Shown here in pieces: positions 23,528-30,606 of a DNA stretch of 36,752 nucleotides (position 1 is the stretch's first letter; every line of letters starts with the position of its first letter). The DNA is taken from the NCBI GenBank assembly GCA_041747915.1, contig JBGTEH010000028.1, forward strand, positions 1 through 36,752, in the 5' to 3' direction. Position numbers and translations under genes: made by a program. The stretch comes from Ilumatobacteraceae bacterium. Lineage in GTDB: Bacteria > Actinomycetota > Acidimicrobiia > Acidimicrobiales > Ilumatobacteraceae. The notes beneath the pieces are model-generated. The model worked only from the letters and a program-made list of their open reading frames with translations, ran no database searches and was not told where the DNA came from.

Positions 23528-24871
23528 TCATGTCGGTCGGTCGGTGGCGAGGCGCACGCCAGACGAGTGCCATCGCGTGTGCGGATGGAAGAAGTTGCGG
23601 TACGTCGCTCGGGTGTGACCGGGCGGGGTCAACACGCAGCCGCCGCGCACTACCTGCTGGCCTGACATGAACTTGCCGTTGTATTCGCCGATTGCGCCGT
23701 CGGCGATCCGGTATCCCGGGTAGGGCTGATAGGCGGAGGAGGTCCATTCCCAGCAGTCGCCGAACAATTGTCGGAGCTGCCCGGTCGACGCGCCAGCTGA
23801 GCTCGGGTGAAAGGAGAATGTGTCGTCGCCGGTGAGCGCATCCACGCACAGGAAGTTGCCTGCGATGGGCAAGTTGCGCGCAGCGTGTTCCCACTCGTAT
23901 TCAGTCGGGAGCCGCGCCCCGGCCCAGGTGGCAAATGCGTCAGCCTCGTAGTGCGAGATGTGGACAACTGGCTCGAACGGATCGACCGGCCGGACACCAG
24001 TCAGGGTGTGCAGCAACCAGCGCTCCGGTTCATCGGGGTCTCGACGCCAGTACTCGGGCGCCGTCCATTGTTCGGCTTGTGCTCGGTACCACCCGTCGGA
24101 CTTCCACAGCTCGGGGCGCTGGTAGCCACCGTCGGCGATGAAGGCCTCCCACTCGATCGTCGTCACCAACCGGTCGGCCAACGCAAAGTCGTAGAGGCGC
24201 ACTTCGTGTCGCGGTGACTCGTTGTCCCAACTGAACCGGTCGGCAGTCGGGTCCACTCCGATCTCGACGCAACCGCCGTCGAACTCGATCCATCCCAGCG
24301 GCCCCGAGTCGTGCCCTACGGCGACCTGACGGTCGACGTAGGAAGGGCCAACCGCCGGATTCAGCGACAGTGCGTGCTTGATGTCCATGAGGAGCAACTC
24401 CTGGTGCTGCTCCTCATGATGGGTGCCGAGCAGAACGATCTCGATGACGCGTCGGGCCTCGGCCGGCTCGACGTCCGAGAGGTTCGTGAGCAGCCCGACA
24501 ACTTCGGCGTCCACCGATGATCGGTACTGGGCAACCTCAGCAATCGTCGGACGTGTGACCATCCCCCGGTGGGGTCGTGGATGTCGAGCGCCGACTGCGT
24601 CGTAGTAACTGTTGTACAGAAAGCGGTACTCGGGTCGATCCCACATGCGACCGCTGGTGCCGTCGACACCGAGGACGAACTCGGCGAAGAACCACGTCGT
24701 ATGTGCGCGATGCCATTTGGTCGGGCTGGTGTCCGGCATCGACTGGATCATCTGGTCTTCTGCCGACAACGGCGCAGCGAGGCGCTCAGTACGCGCGCGG
24801 ACGTCCTCGAATCGCTTGCGCAGCGCGCTGACCTGATCGACATCGACGCCTGAGCGAACGGTGTGGGGCAC
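23528..24871 (-). CDS. egtB: ergothioneine biosynthesis sulfoxide synthase EgtB (DinB_2 + FGE-sulfatase domains)
   Basis: The DinB-like domain reads 'SMPDTSPTKWHRAHTTWFFAEF', and the FGE-type C-terminus includes 'GDCWEWTSSAY...RGGC'. I chose GTG 24871, which has an AAGGA RBS. The track's extension to 25054 overlaps the VOC gene. Confidence 0.85.
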   Translation of the reverse strand: MPHTVRSGVDVDQVSALRKRFEDVRARTERLAAPLSAEDQMIQSMPDTSPTKWHRAHTTWFFAEFVLGVDGTSGRMWDRPEYRFLYNSYYDAVGARHPRPHRGMVTRPTIAEVAQYRSSVDAEVVGLLTNLSDVEPAEARRVIEIVLLGTHHEEQHQELLLMDIKHALSLNPAVGPSYVDRQVAVGHDSGPLGWIEFDGGCVEIGVDPTADRFSWDNESPRHEVRLYDFALADRLVTTIEWEAFIADGGYQRPELWKSDGWYRAQAEQWTAPEYWRRDPDEPERWLLHTLTGVRPVDPFEPVVHISHYEADAFATWAGARLPTEYEWEHAARNLPIAGNFLCVDALTGDDTFSFHPSSAGASTGQLRQLFGDCWEWTSSAYQPYPGYRIADGAIGEYNGKFMSGQQVVRGGCVLTPPGHTRATYRNFFHPHTRWHSSGVRLATDRPT

Positions 24872-24986
24872 GGGAGTCCTTGTGGTGTGAGCAGTGGCAG
24901 GGGCGTTTGCACGAAACGCCAGCGACACATACAGACAACCGACGGTCTGAATCGTTACAGGGGTCGATTCTGACCATCGGCCGCGG

Positions 24987-25871
24987 TCACCGCGGTTCGG
25001 AGATTCGCACAACGTGGCCGTCGGGATCGCGTGCGACCAGATCGATCCCACCACCGAGCGATACGTCGACGTCGCTCATCGATGAGAGGAGCCGATCCCG
25101 AATGCCGTCGAGGTCGTTGGTGGTGCATCTCGTCTCGACGTACCAGAGGTCGCCGGGTGCGGTGTTAGCCGGTGGCGACTTCCCAGTTCGCGGCGACAGG
25201 TATTCCAGGAACTCGACCCCGGGCCCCGCCGATCCGCGGAGCCCCGTGATCCGGACTCGTGCGCCTTCGACCCCGCTCAGTGACTCCTGCTCGGTTCCCC
25301 AGTTCTCGCTCTCCCCGGCGACAGAAAGGCCGAGCTCGTCGCGGTAGAACCGCAGGCTCGCGACGGTCGAAGACACGGCGATCGCGGTGTGGTCGATCCC
25401 CAGGACGACTGCCTCGGTGGACTGCCAACGTGCATCACCCTTACCCGGTGGGAAGCTGATCAACTCGAGGGGGTGGCGATCCGGCCCGAGAAAGTAGAAG
25501 GCCTGAATTCCGCCCGCTGCGGGATTCCAATCGGGAAGGCGTTGCGGTGCAGAGCTGATGGCTTCGACTCCGGCGGCACGGAGCCGTCCGCACGCCGCAT
25601 CCATGTCGCTCACCACCAGAGCCACGTGCTGGAACCACAGGTCATTGCTGTGGCTGTCAAGTGGGGCTGGTCGGCCAGGCGGGCGCGACTCGACGAGGGT
25701 GAGGGATTCTCGCCCGAGCCGAACTGTGACGGTTCGCCCGTCCGAGGTGGATTGGTCATTCGCAACGAGCGTGCCGTCGAGGACCTCGATGAAGAACTCG
25801 GCCGCAGCGACGGCGCTACTCACGGAGAACGCGACCGTATCGACCGTGAGGGTCGGGTCCGAAGGACTCAC
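24987..25871 (-). CDS. two-domain VOC (glyoxalase/bleomycin-resistance/extradiol dioxygenase) family protein
   Basis: 294 aa with two repeated VOC modules ('FQHVALVVSDMDAA...', 'IDHTAIAVSSTVASLRFYRDELG'). The start is GTG. Confidence 0.75.
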   Translation of the reverse strand: MSPSDPTLTVDTVAFSVSSAVAAAEFFIEVLDGTLVANDQSTSDGRTVTVRLGRESLTLVESRPPGRPAPLDSHSNDLWFQHVALVVSDMDAACGRLRAAGVEAISSAPQRLPDWNPAAGGIQAFYFLGPDRHPLELISFPPGKGDARWQSTEAVVLGIDHTAIAVSSTVASLRFYRDELGLSVAGESENWGTEQESLSGVEGARVRITGLRGSAGPGVEFLEYLSPRTGKSPPANTAPGDLWYVETRCTTNDLDGIRDRLLSSMSDVDVSLGGGIDLVARDPDGHVVRISEPR

Positions 25872-25890
25872 AGACTCCCGGTCCTGAAGA

Positions 25891-26430
25891 TCATTGCGCA
25901 GCTGTCCACGCCGCTCGGGCTTCCGGCAAGGTCGGGTCGAAGTCCGGCTGGATTCGTTGGTTCAGGTCACGTAGATCGCTCCACAGGTCGTATGGCGAAG
26001 GGCGTCCCCAGAACCAATACCCGACGTAGATCTTGTCGATCACGAGCCCTGGCGCCAGGATCACCGTATGGGGCACGGTCGCCGCGTGATGGGTGTCGGT
26101 GTACTCGCGGATGTCGAGCTCGCTTTGCAGTTCGAGTGCTTCATCGGACAGGTACGTCCATGCTGCGCCCGTCGTGGAACGCAGCTTGAAGATGTCGTGG
26201 AGATCGTTCGGAACGACGGTCACCAACTGGGTGTACCCGACGGCGCACCACTGGTGGAACTCGATCATCGCGCGCTGGTGCTGGCGCTCGCGGGGGCAAT
26301 GCTCACCGCGGCCGAGCAGGAGCACCATCGCATCGTCGCCCTGAAGGGCTGACAATCGGCGCGGCGTTCCGTCCTGGTCGGGCAGCTCGAAGTCGGGAAA
26401 GGTGGTTCCGGGGACAAGGTCGGGTCGCAT
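25891..26430 (-). CDS. redoxin/AhpC-TSA-like thioredoxin-fold protein
   Basis: 179 aa. 'FPDFELPDQDGTPRRLSAL...VLLLGRGEHCPRE' is a peroxiredoxin-like N-terminus with a single CP motif. An AAGGAG RBS is present. Confidence 0.7.
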   Translation of the reverse strand: MRPDLVPGTTFPDFELPDQDGTPRRLSALQGDDAMVLLLGRGEHCPRERQHQRAMIEFHQWCAVGYTQLVTVVPNDLHDIFKLRSTTGAAWTYLSDEALELQSELDIREYTDTHHAATVPHTVILAPGLVIDKIYVGYWFWGRPSPYDLWSDLRDLNQRIQPDFDPTLPEARAAWTAAQ

Positions 26431-26445
26431 GGTTTCTCCTTGAGG

Positions 26446-26471
26446 GTGTTGGGTTGAGCGTGTTGGGTTGA
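26446..26471. repeat. tandem 12-bp direct repeat GTGTTGGGTTGA x2 (14-bp period) just upstream of the redoxin RBS
   Basis: Exact copies lie at 26446-26457 and 26460-26471. On the coding (minus) strand the region reads TCAACCCAACAC-GC-TCAACCCAACAC-CC-TCAAGGAG...ATG. Confidence 0.8.
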
Positions 26472-26495
26472 AGGTCTGGGCGGTCGGCGGATGGG

Positions 26496-28058
26496 TCAGG
26501 GTCGGATGCCCGGGATCGACAGCCGAATGCGGTAGACACCGGTGAGCGCCGTGATGTAGAGCGTGCGGGCGTCGTCGTCACCCCACGCAAGGTTGTGGGG
26601 GCTTTCGGGAAGCACCAGCGTTCCGAGGTGGGTCCCGTCGGAAGCGAGCACCCACACGCCCGACGGCCCGCAGACGTAGAGGTTGCCTCGCTCGTCGACC
26701 TTCAAGCCATCGATCGCATCCTCACCGGGATCCGCCGTCATGTCGAAGAAGACGATCCCGTTGGACAGCTCACCGTCACCGGCGACGTCGTAGCGCATCA
26801 CCACCTTGTGGTCGGGATCCCAGTTCCCGACGTAGAGCACCCGTTCGTCGGGTGAGAACGCGAGGCCGTTCGGGCCGGCCAAATCGTCGGACACGAGGGT
26901 GACGACCCCATCGCGGACGCAGAACACCCCGCTGATGTCGAGTTCCTTGTCAGGGTCCTCGTACACGTCCGGTAGGCCGAACGGCGGGTCGGTGAAATAG
27001 AGGGTGCCGTCGGAGCGGTACACCAGGTCGTTCGGACTGTTGAGGCGCTTGCCGTCGTAGCGGTCGGCCATCACGGTGATGTTGCCGTGCGGTTCGACAC
27101 GGATGACCCGCCGATTGCCGTGCTGGCAGATGGTCAGGCGACCGTCGGGGTCGAAGGTCAGACCGTTCGACCCAGGTTGGGTGTAGCAGTGGATGTCCGT
27201 GCCCGAGTACCCGCTGTTGGAACGGAACACAGAGATGGTTCCGGTTGGTGCCCAGCGGTAGATGGTGTTGCTGTTGGGTGAGCTGAACAACAGCCCGCGG
27301 TCGCCAGCCCACACCGGGCCCTCGGTGAACTCGAACCCAGCAGCGACCTGTTCGAGACGGGCGTCGGCCGGAAGGATGTCTCCGAGGCGGTCACCGGCAT
27401 CGAGAACCTCGAGTGGCACCGACCACGCCACCGCTGCCCGATCAGCAGAGTAGAAGTCGAGTGAGGCCGACCGCATCCAGATGTAGTTGGCGGGTGAGGT
27501 CGAGATCGGCCCGTTGATACCGAAGACGGCGAGCTGAAACTGCTCGCCGGGCTGCACATCCTGCGCCAGCACGACCCTGTTGGGGGTGTTGAACCCGCTG
27601 ACGACTTGTCCGCCGTTCACACCGAGGACCAGCGGCATCTGCCCGTTGACCCAGACTTCGGCATAGTCGTCGATCACGACTTCGAACACCAGCGTCGACC
27701 CCGTCGGGTCGAAGTCGCCGACACGATCGGGCACGGTGACTGTGATGCGATACCAGTTGAACGACACGCGGCCGGCACCGAGCCGTTCCTGCGTGTCGGC
27801 CGGATCGAGAACGCGCCAGTTCGAGTCGTCGTAGTCGGCGCCCTCGGCGTGGGGCACGACCTCGTAGGTGCGGCTCGGCGGGCCGCTCGGGCCGAGGTCG
27901 GCGCCGACCGTCACGAAGTCCACATCGACGACTTCGGCGTCGCAGTAGCGCCACTGACCACCGACGAGATTGACGCCGCTCGCGGTCTGCAAGTCGACGA
28001 TTGCGTCCGGTCGAATCGAAAGGAGCTCGGGCGGCCCCGGTGCTGGGTTGGTGCGCAT
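26496..28058 (-). CDS. SMP-30/gluconolactonase/LRE-like beta-propeller protein with an unrecognised ~230-aa N-terminal beta-rich domain
   Basis: 520 aa from MRTNPAPG, with a GGGAGG RBS. The C-terminal half has 'FTEGPVW', 'NSPNDLVYRSDGTLYFTDP' and 'GPNGLAFSPDE'. The track's 811-aa version is an artefact that runs through the upstream gene in another frame. Confidence 0.8.
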   Translation of the reverse strand: MRTNPAPGPPELLSIRPDAIVDLQTASGVNLVGGQWRYCDAEVVDVDFVTVGADLGPSGPPSRTYEVVPHAEGADYDDSNWRVLDPADTQERLGAGRVSFNWYRITVTVPDRVGDFDPTGSTLVFEVVIDDYAEVWVNGQMPLVLGVNGGQVVSGFNTPNRVVLAQDVQPGEQFQLAVFGINGPISTSPANYIWMRSASLDFYSADRAAVAWSVPLEVLDAGDRLGDILPADARLEQVAAGFEFTEGPVWAGDRGLLFSSPNSNTIYRWAPTGTISVFRSNSGYSGTDIHCYTQPGSNGLTFDPDGRLTICQHGNRRVIRVEPHGNITVMADRYDGKRLNSPNDLVYRSDGTLYFTDPPFGLPDVYEDPDKELDISGVFCVRDGVVTLVSDDLAGPNGLAFSPDERVLYVGNWDPDHKVVMRYDVAGDGELSNGIVFFDMTADPGEDAIDGLKVDERGNLYVCGPSGVWVLASDGTHLGTLVLPESPHNLAWGDDDARTLYITALTGVYRIRLSIPGIRP

Positions 28059-28060
28059 GA

Positions 28061-28888
28061 TCAGCCTCCCGTTGCGCCGGGCGCCTCGGCGCCGAGCACT
28101 GCGAGTAACTGGTCTTCGTCCGCTGACGAGGCCCCACTGACGCCGATTGCTCCGATCACGTGGCCGTCGTGCAGGATCGGCATGCCCCCTTGCAACGGGA
28201 CAGCGCGGGCGAGATGGAGCGCAGAAGGACGACCGTTGGCGGTCTGGTCCTCGAAGTCCTTGCTCGGCCGGCGGTAGATTGCAGCCGTCCGAGCCTTGTC
28301 GAACGACACGTTGACGCTGGCCACCTGAGCTTGATCGGGACGCCAGACATACAACAGTTCGCCGCCGGCGTCGACCACCGCGGCGACCGGCGCGACGTGA
28401 CGAGCCTGCGCTTCGCTGGCGACTGCTTCGGCGGCCGCCCGTGCGCCCTCCTGTGTGAGGGCGGGGACAACCGTCGATGAGAACGAAGCGGCCGCACCTG
28501 CGATCGAGATCGCCTCGTCCTCGTCGGGAGTCTCGCCGCTCGTGCCGATGGCGCCGACGACCTCGCCATCGACGACCAAGGGAATGCCACCGGTCAGGGC
28601 GACCGCACCGTGAAGTGCGAGAGCACCGAGTCGTCCGCCGCTGACCTGGGCCTCGATGTCGCGGCTCGGCCGCACGAAGATGGCGGCGGTGCGGGCCTTG
28701 TCGATCGCGACCTGGGAGCTGGCTGCTTGGGCGCTCTCGGTGCGGCTCATCAACAGCGTGTTGCCCCACGGGTCGACCACGGCGATCACCACCCGGCTGC
28801 CTTGGGCCCGTGCCGCTTCGAGTGCGGCCGCCATCACCTCCGTGGCACCGGCGAGATCGATGATTGTGCGTGACCTGGTCATGGGCAT
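28061..28888 (-). CDS. tandem-duplicated GlcG/HbpS-like (DUF336) heme-binding-type protein
   Basis: 275 aa with two DUF336 modules. Each carries a 'DKARTAAI(F/Y)' motif and a 'GG(I/M)P...G..IGAIG(T/V)SG' motif. An AAGGAG RBS is present, and the gene overlaps the upstream gene by 10 nt. Confidence 0.8.
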   Translation of the reverse strand: MPMTRSRTIIDLAGATEVMAAALEAARAQGSRVVIAVVDPWGNTLLMSRTESAQAASSQVAIDKARTAAIFVRPSRDIEAQVSGGRLGALALHGAVALTGGIPLVVDGEVVGAIGTSGETPDEDEAISIAGAAASFSSTVVPALTQEGARAAAEAVASEAQARHVAPVAAVVDAGGELLYVWRPDQAQVASVNVSFDKARTAAIYRRPSKDFEDQTANGRPSALHLARAVPLQGGMPILHDGHVIGAIGVSGASSADEDQLLAVLGAEAPGATGG

Positions 28889-29895
28889 GGTTGAACTCCT
28901 TGCGCCGCAGCAAGCGGCAGTCGTGGACCACGAGCGGTGGTGATCGCCGCCCAGATGGCTGTGTCAGTCGCGATGAACAAGACGTCTCGATCGACGCCGC
29001 CGAACGTGAAGTTGACGGTCCCCGGCAGATGGATCTCTCCGATCAGTTCCCCCACGGTGTCGAAGATCTGGACGCCGGCAGAAGACGATGCAAAGACCCG
29101 GCCGACATCGTCGACCTTGATTCCGTCAGGGAATCCAGGCGACGTGACGGCGAACAACCTGGAGTTGGTGAGGCGCCGGCCGTCGGAGACGTCGAACGCG
29201 ATGACGTGGTGCGGCAGGTGCACGTGGTAGCTGCCGGGCGCTTGGTTGGCGCCGCTGTCGGTGATGTACAGCGTGGTCTCGTCAGGCGAGAAGGCCAGGC
29301 CGTTCGGCTTGACGAACGAGTCGGCCACCACCGACATCCGGCCCGTCGCCGGGTCGTAGCGGTACACGAAGTCGCCGATCTCTGCGACGTCCTTGAACCC
29401 CTGCAGGTACCCGTACGACGGGTCGGTGAACCAGATGGTGCCGTCACTCTTCACGACGACGTCGTTGGGCGAGTTGAGCCGCAAGCCCGCCCACTCGTCG
29501 ACGATGGTGTCGACCGCGCCCGACGTCGGATCGACACGGCTGATGCGACCGTGATGCGTCACGTCGCCCTGCTCGCACACCACGAGGTGGCCGTGGTGGT
29601 CGAGGCACATGCCGTTGGCGGCGTGAACCTCGACCTCGATGGTGCTGAGGCGTTCGGGTCCGATCGGAAAACGCTTGCCGTCGAGCGCGAGTCGCTTGAT
29701 CGCCACCAGCGGTCCACAGTTCGCGGGCGTGGTCGAGAACCGAGGAAGCGTCGTGAAGTACAGCGCATCCTCAACCGGCGCATAGACGAGGCCCTCGTGG
29801 GCGTCGGTCGCGATGACCTCGATCAGCTGCGGATCCGACCCGAGCACCGTCTCGAACGACGGGTCGTGCACGACGAAGGCGGTCGGTTGAATCAT
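28879..29895 (-). CDS. SMP-30/gluconolactonase/LRE family protein
   Basis: 338 aa from MIQPTAFVVHD. Family motifs are 'NSPNDVVVKSDGTIWFTDPSYG' and 'KPNGLAFSPDETTLYITDSG'. Its ATG overlaps the DM13 stop (ATGA at 29892-29895). Confidence 0.85.
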   Translation of the reverse strand: MIQPTAFVVHDPSFETVLGSDPQLIEVIATDAHEGLVYAPVEDALYFTTLPRFSTTPANCGPLVAIKRLALDGKRFPIGPERLSTIEVEVHAANGMCLDHHGHLVVCEQGDVTHHGRISRVDPTSGAVDTIVDEWAGLRLNSPNDVVVKSDGTIWFTDPSYGYLQGFKDVAEIGDFVYRYDPATGRMSVVADSFVKPNGLAFSPDETTLYITDSGANQAPGSYHVHLPHHVIAFDVSDGRRLTNSRLFAVTSPGFPDGIKVDDVGRVFASSSAGVQIFDTVGELIGEIHLPGTVNFTFGGVDRDVLFIATDTAIWAAITTARGPRLPLAAAQGVQPCP

Positions 29896-30605
29896 GACGG
29901 GGGGGTGAGGCCAGCTGATCCGAATGCAACACCGAATCGCACACACCAGACGACCACGGTCGAGTACCGGTCGAGATCCACATCGGGTGGGATCTCGTAG
30001 TTCTGTGGTCCGACGTTGCCCTTGAGGTCACCGAGGTCGACGAAGTCGGCGCCCAGTTGGTCGACCGAAGCGTCAGGGGCGGCGGACGACAGATAGACGT
30101 TCAGATCCGGGCCGTTGTCGGTCTCGAAGTCCTCGAAGCGCAGGAAGCGCTGCGTGGATCCGTCGTTGAGCACGAGCGCGCGGCCCGACGTCGGGTGGCT
30201 GCGGTCCATGAAAACTCCGTCGACCAGCGTCACCACGACCGGTTCCACGGGCTCGACTGCTTGTGCCGGCTCGGTCGATTCGGTCGGTTGATCCGGTTCG
30301 GCTTCGATCCCCATCTCCGGGGGCGGCTGATCGACCTCGGCCAGAACCGGCACGCTGTCGGCTGCCATCTCCTCGTTCATGTCGCTGGCGAGCTCCGCGC
30401 TGATCGCGTCACTCGGGAGGCCCGAGGCACCTGGCCCGGCAGTGAAGACGGGCGAAGCTTCATCGACCGTGTCGTCGATGAACAACGTCTGCACGGCGAA
30501 CACCCCGAACACGAGCCACGCGAGGACTCCGATACCGACCACTGCGACCGGGAGCAACACTTTCCACCGGGCGCGCAACGCGCTCCAGAACGATGCTCGC
30601 GTCAT
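29892..30605 (-). CDS. membrane-anchored DM13 domain protein
   Basis: 237 aa with an N-terminal TM helix (VLLPVAVVGIGVLAWLVFGVFAV) and an acidic Pro/Glu-rich linker. The C-terminus 'FLRFEDFETDNGPDLNVYLS...VVVWCVRFGVAFGSA' is the DM13 signature. Confidence 0.85.
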   Translation of the reverse strand: MTRASFWSALRARWKVLLPVAVVGIGVLAWLVFGVFAVQTLFIDDTVDEASPVFTAGPGASGLPSDAISAELASDMNEEMAADSVPVLAEVDQPPPEMGIEAEPDQPTESTEPAQAVEPVEPVVVTLVDGVFMDRSHPTSGRALVLNDGSTQRFLRFEDFETDNGPDLNVYLSSAAPDASVDQLGADFVDLGDLKGNVGPQNYEIPPDVDLDRYSTVVVWCVRFGVAFGSAGLTPPS

Positions 30606-30606
30606 C

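Noticed and set aside
28059-28931. N-terminal 290-aa extension that turns the SMP-30 gene into an 811-aa ORF.
   Set aside because: The extension is extremely Arg/Gly/Pro-rich. It overlaps, in another frame, the convincing tandem GlcG gene (28061-28888). A good ATG with a GGGAGG RBS exists at 28058.
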